From: Phoronis australis
Taxonomy: Eukaryota > Animalia > Phoronida
Direction: 5' to 3'
Assembly: GCA_002633005.1 (NCBI GenBank)
Contig: NMRA01000018.1
Location: forward strand, 1,437,531 to 1,501,530
DNA: 64,000 bases
The position numbers were made by a program, and so were the translations under genes. The first letter of the stretch is position 1, and every line of letters begins with the position of its first letter. The notes under the pieces are model-generated. The model was not told the DNA's origin. It made no database searches and was given only the letters and a program-made list of their open reading frames with translations. Below, piece by piece: positions 12,628 to 25,178 of this stretch.

Positions 12628-13049
12628 CACCATTGTTTGGAATGCTTTCAATTAGCAGGAACAACAACAACAACAACAGAAATCAGCGTCGATGTTGGCA
12701 GTGGTTGCGGAAAACGTGACGAACAACTGCGCAGAAGCAATATGAGAATTGTCGTTGTTGTTGTTGTTGTTGGAAGTGAGTGGAGTGAACAAGACCGAGC
12801 AGCAATGTAGAATCAACATTAAATGGTATTCGTCAGTGTTGGGACAAGAATATCAATATTGCAACAACAGCGTCAATGTTGGGAGTGGTTGCCAAAAACG
12901 AGCATTGTAGTGGCAGACAGTGATAGAAAAGTTGGCTTGAAGTCAAAATAATCTTCCACCTTGGTAACTGATAACATTTAGACTTGCATTTGATGTGTTT
13001 ACACACGAGTCGTGCCTGTGTCAGGTTCCACCTTGTCATGAATGTAGGA

Positions 13050-13165
13050 GGAGGCAGTGTGACCTATTGGGATAAGTGTCGGCTTCCTTTACTGAAGGTC
13101 GGGGGTTCGAGTCCCACTGGGGCACACTGCTAGACCCCTTGAGTCAGGTATCTAGCTTGTCAGGT
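13050..13165 (+). mobile_element. tRNA-derived SINE fragment
   Basis: A-box-like tgacctattggg and B-box ggttcgagtccc (~13104), followed by a non-tRNA body; no complete cloverleaf. Confidence 0.6.
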
Positions 13166-14949
13166 TGGTTTTAACTATATTATAATAAAGCCTTAAAAAT
13201 GGTTTCAGGTGATCAGTGCATTGAGCCCACCTAAGCAGTCTGCACATGTCTGTGTCATAAGTATCATGTAAATAACCCATTTGCAAGTGTGATTTTAATC
13301 TAACTTAAACTCTCATGCCTCCTAGATAAAACGCAGTGACAGTTAATATCAGTGGTGACAATGCTAAATTGTGAGAATTGAGATTTTTGGCAGATAAACA
13401 CTGATGACATATTATACTTGAACCAATCTGCAAGGTTACATGAGTGGAAGGAGAGCACTGTTGACTTAGGTTGAAGGCAACATTTCTCACAATATATTTA
13501 TTTATTTATATTACCAATGATATCAGTTTCTTCCCTCAGATTAATTTGTCTGTTCGATCAATTGTTTTTTCCGGCTTTGATTAATTGCCATCATTTGGTT
13601 GTTTATTTTGTGTATTGTTTCTACACCCTGCAATTGGTCAATTCATTCACCAATAGTGGCCTTTGTCATTCATGTGGCTTGAAGTGATATTGCACAGCAA
13701 GCTGAGCAATATCGCCTCGTTATTGAAGTCATTCTACTATGTTTTAGCCAATCAGAGGACAAGTATCTGTGGTTCTATTACAGAACATTCTGTTGACTAA
13801 TAGTGCTTTGGAGAGTAGAGCTGATTGTTCACATTAATTTTGTTTTTTGGCCAAAATATGAGTATGAACCTTAAAAATAGTTGTTTTGGTTTATTCACTG
13901 TAAACCTGTGTCGCCTGATTGAATAATGTGAACTTTTGTCTTGATAATGGTTTATACTCAATAAACCAAAACGTCTATCAATATGTCGTTGTTTACCTAC
14001 GCGCTAATTTTAAAGTTCGTAATAGAGCCGACTCTATTGTCACTTCTTTGTGTTTATTCCATGTTTGACACTTTGTGACAGCCCAATTTAGGTTGTTCTA
14101 TATCTCATTATTTAAAAGATTTTTTTCTTTGGACGAATGTAATTTAGGACTAGTACGACTTGTGTAGGAACATGTAGTAGTATTATATGGCGAGTGTGTA
14201 TTTGCAATTTTAGGGTTGGTTAACTCCAATAAACTCTTGCGTTTTCTGGAGTTGTTGATGGTTTTGATGTTGTTATTGGCAACTGAAATAGAATATTAAT
14301 ATTACAAGACTGATTTTATGAAACTAAAAGGCCCAATTTGACTTTCATTTTAGCCAGCTAAATGTGCAAAATGCAGGTTTAAAGGCATGTTAAACCAACT
14401 CTTAAACTTTTTTCATCTTAATGTAATGTGGGTTTCTTCACTTAACTACTGCGGATTTCCAAGAGTCCTCTGGGAGTTTATTTTCCTCAAATTATTTTTC
14501 GTCCAACCACAACCTCCAGGGAGTTCATTCAGAAAAAAGTGGTTGGCTTTTTCAGAAATTTACAGTCAGTAGACCTAGGGGTTGATTACACTTTGTCCGC
14601 AGCTTGGTTACTCACTCTGGTGACGCCTCAGTTGACAAACAATGATCTTTATATATTTTAACATTTTCTTTGTGCGTGCCAGACATGCAAAGCGTCTTCT
14701 TTTCATATTCCATGTGGTTTTCCTTAATAGCGGCTCTTGGAAATCTGCAGTAATTGTTGATAGAAATGCTGAATCTAAATAAGTTTGTAAAAAGACACTT
14801 ATGATAACATAAAAAGGTTCATTTTTATTGTGTGTTTATTTTCATTTTTGCATTCTTGCCAGTAATTATTTACATTTTCGTGGATTAAAATACATTATAG
14901 ACCTGTGTCTACACAATCATTCACACAAAGCCTTGCAAAACATGTCGCC

Positions 14950-15057
14950 TTTCACATTTGTCATATAACAGACTTGGCAGTCGTGCTTCACATGTCGCAT
15001 AACAGACTTGGCAGTCGTGCTTCACATGTCACATAACTGACTTGGCAGTCTTGCTTC
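14950..15057. repeat. 34-bp tandem repeat, ~3 copies
   Basis: Unit acagacttggcagtcgtgcttcacatgtcgcata starting at 14968, 15002 and 15036. Confidence 0.85.
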
Positions 15058-16715
15058 CTGCTACATAGGTTTACACAGCTATATTACAAGACTTAGTACT
15101 CTTCAGTTTACATAAAGTCAAATGTTAACAGACAATGTGATGCATGTGGGTGTTACAGATCAATGATCCTACAAAACTCTAGTCTATTTCTGAAGTGAAA
15201 GCATTTTGAAATCATGGATCAAACCCCTGCATAATGTATTGACACATTGAATGTTGGTAAAAGTATTTTCGAAACTAATATAGTGTATCAAAAATGTTTG
15301 TAAGACAACTGTTAAAGTGCTTGCAACTACCATTTACTTTGTTTTGACAAGTGACTACATTGTCACCATCATTAAACCTTCCTTTATAGCACTGCATACC
15401 ACAACCTGAATTCAATATCCCCATGAGAAATGGAAGAAAAGCGACTTTAACAGAAGGTTTCTTAGCTCCATGGACACGAGTGTGACATACGAGTTCATTC
15501 AGTGCCATTGGGTTATGACCACCAACACGAGAGCAAACTTGCCATAACCACGCTTCTCCGATGTCCCACAGGAAAATGAAAAAAGCTACAGCACGCTCAA
15601 GTACTGAGTTGTCACAACCACCACAAATTCCTCACCATCGTTTATTATACCATTAACTACGAGAAAATTAGCAGCAGCAACTGACTTTTCACACTGAACA
15701 AAATGGCGGATGACTTATGCTGTGATCAGTTGTCCCGATTCTACATTGCATGTTTCGACCAATAAGTGCTGGTAACTTGAGATCAGCTAATTATATCATC
15801 AGATTGTGTTTGTAGGTGCTCTAATTTGATAGCTGATTGACTGGTGGGGTTGATTTTTTGGCGTTTTGGATATGGAATTGGTGATTTTAAGCACCTAAAG
15901 GTATAATTGCTTCCACTCATCCAACCCTCAGTGTTCAGAGATGGGTAGGCTAGTAGGTAAATTTTTTTTTTCATTTCAACTGTGTAGGTGTGCTTTTTCT
16001 GTTGCCACAAGTATGCCATATTTAGAATTAACGAAATTCTTTTGTCAGATATCAAATAAAATGTGTTAAGTCGCGCACATTATGGTCAGCCAGGAGGGGA
16101 AACGAACGTAATGAATTTAACAGAACAAGACTAAGACTACGCTTTAGCCTAATTACAAGGTCATTGACAATCTCACGGCAGCTGCAATATTTCAGTTTAT
16201 ACCTGCGTACATACATTCGTTGGTGATTGCAGAAAAGCATTCACTTTGTAGCTGCAATCATTAAGACTACATGGATTGAAACTGCAGGAAATGAGTGCAA
16301 TTCCTCAGTGTTGAATGACACATTAAGTGATGCAAGTGTTGACTTTGGGAATTATGAGAATATTGACAATTTTTAAAGCCACAAAACATCCTAAATTATG
16401 TACCAGTAACTGTGTTTAGTGTTAATGTATGATAGCAGCAACTCTGTTTTTGACATATGAATATCGTGATCATTAAAGGCCCGAGTTCAGTCCTAAGCAG
16501 TAATGTTTTTCCAGTTTTTACACTGCGCAGAAATCACTTCTCACTTTACCAAGACCAATTTCATATCGTTAAGTGATATAATTGAAATTAAAAAGGTTTT
16601 GTTTTTTGCAGAATAAATTGCTGAGAGCAGGTGTTCTACGGCTAAACAATGGGATTAATAATACATTGATATCCCTGAAATTTGAGTTGTTGCCATCACC
16701 AACACAGCTGGAACT

Positions 16716-19700
16716 TCATGGACTGTATGGACTGAATCCTCCCGGACTCTGGACGGACTGTCGGCCCTCGTTGGCAGGACTGGGGCTGCGAATGTTGCGG
16801 AACTTCTGCTGCATTACCGAAAGGAAAACCTTCTCTAAGGAGTTGTCATTCGACAGACTCCCTGCCTTGTGCCTGCTGCTGCTCGGAGTGCCACCTGGAG
16901 ACCTAAGTATTTTAAGAAAATTCAGAGTTATAATGGTACAAGATCTTACATCATCCGCCAACAACCCAAAAATTTTTTGTTGTACTATTCAGTAGCTGTG
17001 TCAGCAAGTCTGTAAATTGCTTAAAAAATGTGTGGATCAATTATTTGTCTAATCCCTGTTGCACATTGTAACTGGCTTAATGATGGTAGACGGTAACAAT
17101 TTAAGAGTAGCTCTGTAAGAATTAAAAGCCAACTAAACATCTAAGTAGTTTCATCAGGTGCCTGTACAAAGGACAACGTCTGCGCATGTGAGTGAAGCTG
17201 AGGTACGTGAGCTCAAGTGGAAAACATTTTACAAAAGTATTCAATAAATTAAAGATCAGATTTTCAGTTACAAGCCCATGGAACTAAATACTCACTTATA
17301 AAGTAACGAGACGATACAAAATTGGCGTACTGAACCAAGCGTAAAATTTTTCGACCCCTGAGATGCCCAACATGTTGATAAACCGTGAAACAAATAGTTC
17401 AACGCTTTGCCTACTGAGTTTTTGGAACCCTCAATATAAGCAAGACAAACCTCGTTGCCTTGGTCGACTTCAATCTTTGCAATGGATTACCAGCTAGTAT
17501 CTCACTGTGGATACTGTCCATGGATGACACTGAAGCGAGGGACGTAGAGGATCTAGAAAGGAAGTGAACAATAACTTTCAGGTTTTCAAAACACAGTAAG
17601 TATAATTGGGAGCAATTTTTACACCATTGCAATTTACAAGTATTAAAGTTGAGAAAATCTCACCAATTTCAAAAAAGTAATTGGCAATTTACGGATCTGC
17701 TGGTTTCTAATTTTTCATGAAAAATTTCTAGCATAATCAGAAGCCTTCAAATTAATGCTATGGTGATACCATGAAAATGGTAATAGTATTAATTTAATGC
17801 TGCTTCCAAGATTAAGAACATAAAATACATGCTCCCTGTGTTGTGTCCTAAAGTGATGAGATTTTGCTGTTAAGTTTTACGCTGCAACAGGATTGGAGTT
17901 GTGATGTTATCTTTTACACTGGTGGACCCCCGCTTCGTCAGTAGTACACTTGGTCTTAGCTAAGACTGTCGTATCGTGAATTCCTTTTGGCAAACAATTC
18001 ATAGCTGTGACTTATAAAGGTGAATGCCTAGTTTGAATGTGAACCATGTCAATAAGAACGTTTCAGTCTTGCATAAATGCTCTGTGGTTTTCGCCTCATG
18101 GTGCTTGAAACCGTCTTGGGTAAGTCTGCGAATATGACCGTTGGCAAAATGAGCCCCAGCATGACAAAGTATGACTGGACGAAGGGTACAGCAGTGCTAC
18201 AATTATATTTATAAATATCTTAAACAAATAAGTAAATAATGCTTTACGTAAGCAATAAATTCAACAAACTTTAAGTTCAGCATAATAAAGGATCAATTCA
18301 ACAGTTACTATAAATTGTCATTCCAGTGAATCCAAAAATTGAAATGGACTGATATGCTTACCCTTCCCATTTTCTCTTGACCAGGGTCCTCCCCATGCTA
18401 ACAGGTGTGTTGGCCTAAAGATGCCAAAATATAATTACTACAGTAATTAAACTGTCAAAATGTTCAAAGTGACATTTCATTTATACTTCTTACTCAAAGG
18501 GTAAATCAAGTCATTTCTGATGGTACACATAGTAAAAATACAGATCCTTGATTATCTTGGAAATATTTTTGTGTTAATAACTGTTGCGTAAGGGACTATG
18601 TACCATCCATGAAACAATGGAAAGTGACATAAATAGTCAGACAAAGGGCCTGCATCTCTTTTCAATATTCACTTCCAATGAGCAAACTAAATGACCTATT
18701 CTCTGTTGAACACAGTCTATGCAGCTCATTTATGAATTAAGTAAATTCAGAACCAAGATTCGGTCCCACTGTCAGGCCGTTTACATCACTATCTACTGTT
18801 CCATGAATAGCACATACTCGCTAAGGGAACACTAAGTGACATGGAAATGTGTCTGCAAAAGGTAACCAGGATGTGCATTTTTACTAAATGTGACATCTAA
18901 AACGGTTGTGCTTTCCCTTAAAAGACTATTTAAACCAGCCTATGTAATCAAACACTCAAGACAAGCTAAGTCTCACTCGTTTCCACACCATTACTGAAAA
19001 TGATTTTCATCCGCTGACAAACTGAATAAAGCATAGTCAAGAAAAACAGACAGTTAAAATGTCATTAATTTCACTAAGTGTTAATCATCAGCTTTATGTC
19101 AATCACGTGTGAAAATCATTCTTACGGAAGAATAAGACATCAACAGACATGATGGCAATGAAAATTTTGGGGACAGGTTGTTATAAATATGATTAAATCT
19201 GTACAACATGTTAAGGCTGTTATTAGGAGAGAAGTTCCCTTTTAAAGCCCTAGGCAGAGCAGTTTTTGAAAACCATTGTTTCGGATCATGTTTTGTGGTA
19301 CAGTACTTTTGTTTTTGTTTTTAATGTGGTGAGTTAACACTCCTAGTTATGGTGATCATTCACTTACTAAGCACACAATATGGCCTACAAGTGAAATTCG
19401 ATTTTGGATTGTAGTGTGTAGATGTCGTGAAACAACATTTGCTAAAGTTCTCAGTATTTGCAAACCAGTAATCAGCCTTTGAAAAATGGAAAAACGACAA
19501 TTTTGGCAAATATTTTTGCGCAAAATACTTGGAGAACAACCGCATACATGATTGCTTCAACAGGAAAATTTACAACAATTAAGTCGATTTATTCCAATTT
19601 GATTTCTGATTGACTTAATTGGCACTACATGCAACTTGAAAAACTCTTATCCGTTTATTTCAAGAACATGATCCTTACTGTCAAAGGTTGACCTATATGT

Positions 19701-22700
19701 GATAATAAAACACAATTTAGCGCCAATCATCTTGAAGATTTCAGGATAACAATGCATACCAAGGAATTCCTGTCTTTTAGGGGAGTCACCATGCTGGGAA
19801 GAGGTGGAGGAAGAGGCGGACCCATGGGGGTGCCAATCTTTGGAGGGGGAGGAGCCACTGGAGTGCCTACTTTTGTTGTCTGTGGCACTATGGGAGGTGG
19901 GGGCGGGGCTACAGGAATTTTACTCTGTGAACTTCTCCTCAAAGGCCGTCTACCACGAATAGGGGTGTTCTCTTTATTTTGAGCTTCTTTTCTGGCCGCG
20001 AGACGCTTTGATGTACGTCGGCCTTTAGCTTCTGAAATGCAGTAAAAAATCAACATATTTTACAATTAAATTATTATTCAAAAGGCCAGCTATGTTTTAT
20101 AATTAATAAATCAAATAAGCACAGCAAGTTGCTTCCTACACTGTTCCATAGAAGAGTTTAAATCATTAGTAGAGGTTGGTTTTGGAAAGTGAAACATTTC
20201 CTTTAAAATTTATTGGCCTCAAATGCACCACCATCATGTTACACTCAATTTGTTACGCGAACTGTTCACTCAAACAACAATACTGAAGCAATGCAAAGCA
20301 CATCTTATACTGAAATCAGATGAACTTCTAAGTTACCTTGTGCATAGTCAAATGCCCTGGCTATTCCGTTCTTTAACTCATCCTTTTTCCACATAAATTC
20401 CATGGCGTCCACTTGGTTCCCAGTATAGTTTTCGCCCTGAATAGTGGATAGCACTTTGGCCTGACAAAACAAACATGGCACAGGGATTTGTTAATTTTAG
20501 TTAATGTAATTAAGATTTGGATAAAAGCTAGCTTTCACAAGACAAAGCCTAACAAGATCATGAAGCCACTGAAAAATAAAGATTAAATCAGATGCAAGGC
20601 ACAGCACAATAACAAACTGCTCTGTGGGTTAAATATCATCAGTAACAATCTAGTTATCCGAGCAAATCCATTTTGTATCTATGGTGATAATCAGATCGCT
20701 ACTAGTTCCATGCCTGCCCTTGGAGGTGCCTCTGGAATTGAGATCAAATCCGATGCTTGGCTCTACAGTCAATGTTGCATAAAAATGTAAAAACCAAATT
20801 CAACCATTTTTATAACGGTGTAACTTGTGGATTTCAAAAGCAGAACTTCATTAACAATATGACAGGAAATTAAATATACATACATGTATGTATGTATGCA
20901 TACATACATACATACATATATGTATGTATGTGTGTGCTATGTATGCATACATACATACGTAGTACACACACACATACATACATACATACATTCATACATC
21001 CATGTAATGGTATTCATACTGTTGTACTTCTAGTAGAAACAACTTCGATACAGAAGTTTGCAGAGTTGAAGCTAAATCAGAAAATTCAACTCCAAAGTAC
21101 GTCTGACACTTAAAAACAATAATGAATGCATGAGATTTGAATGTCCAAAATACTGGAATTACCGAGCAGAAAATATTGCTATTAGAAAAGAACATGAAAT
21201 ACTTTCAAATGTTGAATTTCATGTTTTAACAAGCACAACAGGAACACACAATACCTTGATAAACGACAGGAAGCCACTGTTTTCAATTTCTTCTTGCTTC
21301 CGCTTCTTCAGAATATTCATATAGGTGTCGTTGTTGTTGTCAAGGTATTCCATCAGATCCTAAGAAATACAACAATTCACTGCTTATTTAGGTAACTATA
21401 CAATCAGAAGTATTAAACACAGGCTCTTGTACAAGTTAATGGACATTATCGGTTTCATGTTGGAAAAACACGTTTTTGGCATTGTTGGATGGGATAGACT
21501 TCTTGAAGTTATAAGCTTTGATCAGACCTGCAAAACCAAAAGTTCGTTGTACTTTTGTGGTTTAATTACAAATTGCTAGTTTTCACCATTGTCTGGCAGA
21601 CATAGGCTGAAATCAAGGCCAGTGACTTTATCAGATAAATACGCTTAAAGTACTCTAACATTTATCAAGTGGGATTAATCTCCGAGCATTTAACTGTGAC
21701 AGCGGGATATCCAGGCTCGTTTACATGCTGAGGCTGATCTCAGAAAACCATGTTTCTTGTCGATGATGTCTATTTAAAATCGTAATCACAAAGGGTGGAA
21801 GTAAAAGTGTCGCTTGTAGCCCGTAAAATATGCCACCACTTTTGTACTCCCATTTGACAACAGTTATGTGCCATTTCGATCTGTTCTTCCTGTTCCCCTT
21901 CACAATACTCACTATAAACTCGACATAACTTCCACTTTGAAAGATTTAATTTTAGTTTTTGGAAACTGTTTCTATTGAGACAAGTAAATCCTTTTCAAAT
22001 CTAATTCGTCGAACATTTGATGTCAACATGAACACTAATTGATGTATCATCAAGTGCCTAGCAAGAAATTGCTTTGGTAAACTAAGTGAATACAGTCGAA
22101 ACTCATTACAACGTACTTCAAGGTACCTCCCATATATGTAACATATAATGGTTATTGGTTGTACAACAGGGTAGTCTAACATGCACTTGGTAAAATCTAG
22201 ACTTGGAAGTTTGAACGTTAAACTGTCATGAACGTACTAAACAGTGTACATTATAACCAGGTTTAATTGTAGTCTAGACTCTTACGTTGCATACATGAAA
22301 TGAGGAGCTCAAAAATTATCACTAGGTAGTACCAGGAAAGGCGTGGATCTTTCTGCATAAATGAAGCAATCAAGTAATCACATGGGACAATGATCTCACA
22401 AGCACTCTCATGCTGGTGAACACCTAGTTTTCTGTTTTGGATATATTCAAATAACAAAATCAGAGAAGAGTTCAGTAACGCTAGGACCTTGCTAAAATCT
22501 AGCCAAAATCATGTGTTGTCATTGAAAATACGCAGCAATATCTCACGTAATCTCGCAAAGTCTTGCTTTTTAATGAGGTCCTAGCATTACTGAACTCTAC
22601 CCAGGACTCATTATTCAGTAGCACCACCTGGTGACTACTGAGGTAACTACGAGACTCCCAATTAGCTTTGACTCAAACTGTTGTCCTGACTGTGTTAAAA

Positions 22701-23352
22701 ATTTACCGCCAAAGCCTTCTCTGTTTCTTGCGAGGCTTGATTCTCAAACTCTTCAACTGTCATTCGTTGGCAGTACGTTGTTCTCAATGAAGCAGGTTCA
22801 TCAAATTCATCCAAATTCTCAATGGAGCGTCCCCCAGTAGGACTGAATGGGATGGAAGTCATTGTGGAAGTATAAAGCTGAAACAGAGTGCATACAAATG
22901 AGTTGCAAATTGAAAATGAGTGAGAATATTGCACTATCACCATACTAGCACACTCCATTGCCAAAACACCACTTTTGCATCTGCCAGCTGTTTTTCACCT
23001 AGGATGCATTCCAGAGTTAGGGCTGGCCACTTTCACGAGAACACCATAAACATGCTCTTTTCTAGTTGGTTGGGCGAGAGCCATCAAGTTTGCAGCTAGC
23101 GTACACTTTTGACATCATAAAAATGTCTATTTGAAAAAAACCACATCCGTTATTTATTAACTTTCCACATTGGCAAGTACTAGTACGCAGCCACCTTGCC
23201 GTACATGACTACAGATACGACTGGGATGTCAACATGTGCTGTAGTTCAAAATCCTAAATCAATTCATTCAGGCTTACCATTAAGTTACAGGGATATGCAA
23301 TGCCAGCTGCAGTATCACATACTGTGCTCACTACTGTGCCACCTGTGCTCAT
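16716..23352 (-). CDS. Proline-rich protein (362 aa) with PRR11-like C-terminus, WH2-like motif, KEN box and NEMP1-like N-terminal helix; 8 coding exons
   Basis: Exons 23352-23278, 22877-22707, 21359-21255, 20460-20337, 20031-19760, 18414-18362, 17552-17451, 16902-16716; all GT-AG and phase-consistent, 1089 nt. LKSTKATRSPGGTP...VMQQKFRNIRSPSP resembles recalled PRR11 LRKVDVERSPGGTP...ALRRKFQLAHPRSPTP. Probable noncoding exon 1 at ~24900-24718. Confidence 0.75.
20875..21000. repeat. (CATA)n/(TATG)n microsatellite
   Basis: Visible catacatacata / tatgtatg runs. Confidence 0.9.
22467..22598. mobile_element. Small MITE with ~23-bp terminal inverted repeats
   Basis: agagttcagtaacgctaggacct ... 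aggtcctagcattactgaactct. Confidence 0.7.
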
Positions 23353-23399
23353 CAGATGGCAGGACTGGCTAAATCGCTAAATAAGCAACCTTAGAAATT

Positions 23400-23830
23400 G
23401 CAGAAGAGCTTGCCAATATTCAGAATTGCCAGAATCGCAAGGAAGCCCATTACTCTGTGAAAGTAGTGCCTCCTAACGTTCTAATGGTGAACAATCACTG
23501 ATTGGCTGCTACTATGCGATTGAAAGCCTTCAATTGATGCTAATATGCAGAATCTGAATGTCTAGAATAGCCAGGGTTGCCCGTTATTGCATGAAAGTTG
23601 TGCCCCTACAGTAATGGTGAAAAATCGCTGATTAGCTGCTAACATGTGGTAGAAATGCTTCAAACAATGCTAATATGCAGAATTACAAGAAAAGCACGTT
23701 ATTCCGTGTTAGTACATGTAGTAGTATCCCAAGTGTTAAGTTTAATGATGAAGAATACCTGATTAGATCATAGATGCTAATATACTGTTGAAAGCCTTCA
23801 ATTGATGATAACATGCAGAATCGCTAGCAT
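23400..23830. repeat. Degenerate ~130-bp tandem repeat, ~3 copies
   Basis: aatggtgaa.aatc.ctgatt.gctgcta...gaaagccttcaattgatgctaatatgcagaat recurring at ~23484, ~23613 and ~23745. Confidence 0.65.
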
Positions 23831-23926
23831 TGCTTGATAGCCAGTCATACCGTGTAAGAGCAAATCGACAATTAGCAGCTAATATGGGATTGTGTGAACA
23901 ATATGAAAGATTCCTGACTTCCCTGT

Positions 23927-24340
23927 TGTAGACCAAGTAAGCCACTAGACCAGGTTCACTTGGTTTTCTTACATGGTCCAACATTGTAGACCAAGTGAAC
24001 TCCTGCGCCCGAGTTGCAGTCGACCATTGAAATGTGAATATTTAACATGTTTTTTTTTAAAAAGTGACCAGGTCAGACAAATACGGCTTTCCTAAAGTTG
24101 CTTTCATTTTTATGAGCTTTTAATCATTTTAACTCTTGGTATCCAAACAACTTGTTGCGCTTTTTAGTCACAAAAATGAAATCGACGTCAGGAATACCAT
24201 ATTTGGCAGACCTGGTCACAATAAAACCAAGGCAAAATTTTCAGATTTCAACAGTAGACTACAACTTGGACGCAGGAGTATACTACGACACTGGACTGTG
24301 TATGCAGACTAAGTGAACCTAGTCTAGTGGCTTACTCGAC
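23927..24340. mobile_element. Nested inverted-repeat (foldback or MITE-in-MITE) structure
   Basis: Three concentric IR pairs: ~23935-23965/24308-24338, 23998-24038/24240-24279, 24064-24086/24197-24219. Confidence 0.7.
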
Positions 24341-24717
24341 AGTGACCAGTGTCTCTAGCTGGCCCCAGTAGAGATGGTGAAGCTCCTATACGATAGGCTA
24401 TACGTTTGAAGCTTTTTGGTGAATTATGCCTCACACTGATTAAAACATCAACTGGCCATTTTTACACTGCACGTGCTCCTATTTTTACCGCGCCCGCCAG
24501 TTGCCAATCGAGATTCAGTGAATGAGTAGTTGATTTGTTGATTGTCTCAGTTTCTATGACTAAGTCTGAGTCTTAGCCGTGTGAGCATAATGAGTGTGAC
24601 TCAGTCGATCTGATTCTGATGGAGAATGGTGGATTTTAAAAAAACAAAATCAGGCACAGTTAAAACACGCACAGTTGACAAATGTGCACGATAAAATACA
24701 TAAATTTAAAGATTAAC

Positions 24718-25178
24718 CTAGGAAACAAGCGAGTACCACGAATTTCCGACTCCAAACCTCGGATTATTCTCAGCTTATTACTTTCGAACTGTTGAACCTC
24801 AAAATCTTTCTGTCCGACCCTTGTATCTTGTTTTCAAATTTCCCTCTCGTTAAGAAGCGATATTTATCGAGACTTCCGGTTGTTAGGCGATTTCGCCATT
24901 TTGTTGTGGTTTTGTTATTTGGTGCGATTCTCAGCGATTTGCCGCTGAAAGCTGCACTCTTTGGGGACTGTAATCCCCAGAGGTCGTTTTTCAAATCTTA
25001 AGAGTTCAAATCACCTTTGATTTTTGCATTCGAAGTTGTTTTCTTAGAACAACATTAATTTTTATTTTGCGTGTTTGACAAGATGGAGTTCTGAAGATGA
25101 AGTTGAAGGTCGTCGGAATTACTGCTTTATCGCAAAAAGTAGCGGCCCTCGGGTTGTCTCATGAAGTTTTTGAATTAG
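24718..25178. promoter_or_regulatory. Bidirectional promoter and 5' UTRs of PRR11-like gene / RNF10
   Basis: CpG-enriched. YY1-like AAAATGGCG (minus, 24902-24894) and CAAGATGG (plus, ~25079). Two minus-strand CHR hexamers TTTGAA (24995-24990, 25010-25005). Minus-strand donor at 24717. Confidence 0.6.

Noticed and set aside
13050-13125. tRNA genes (also at 26835, 36097, 39632)
   Set aside because: A and B boxes are present, but there is no complete cloverleaf or acceptor stem; the latter three share a downstream body typical of SINEs.
14950-15057. CRISPR-like array
   Set aside because: Contiguous 34-bp tandem units with no unique spacers, eukaryotic context, no cas genes.
18977-19013. Extra 37-nt exon in the PRR11-like gene (cag|CGGATG...ACGA|gtgag)
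   Set aside because: It would frameshift between two phase-0 exons. Could be a poison exon, but unsupported without transcripts.
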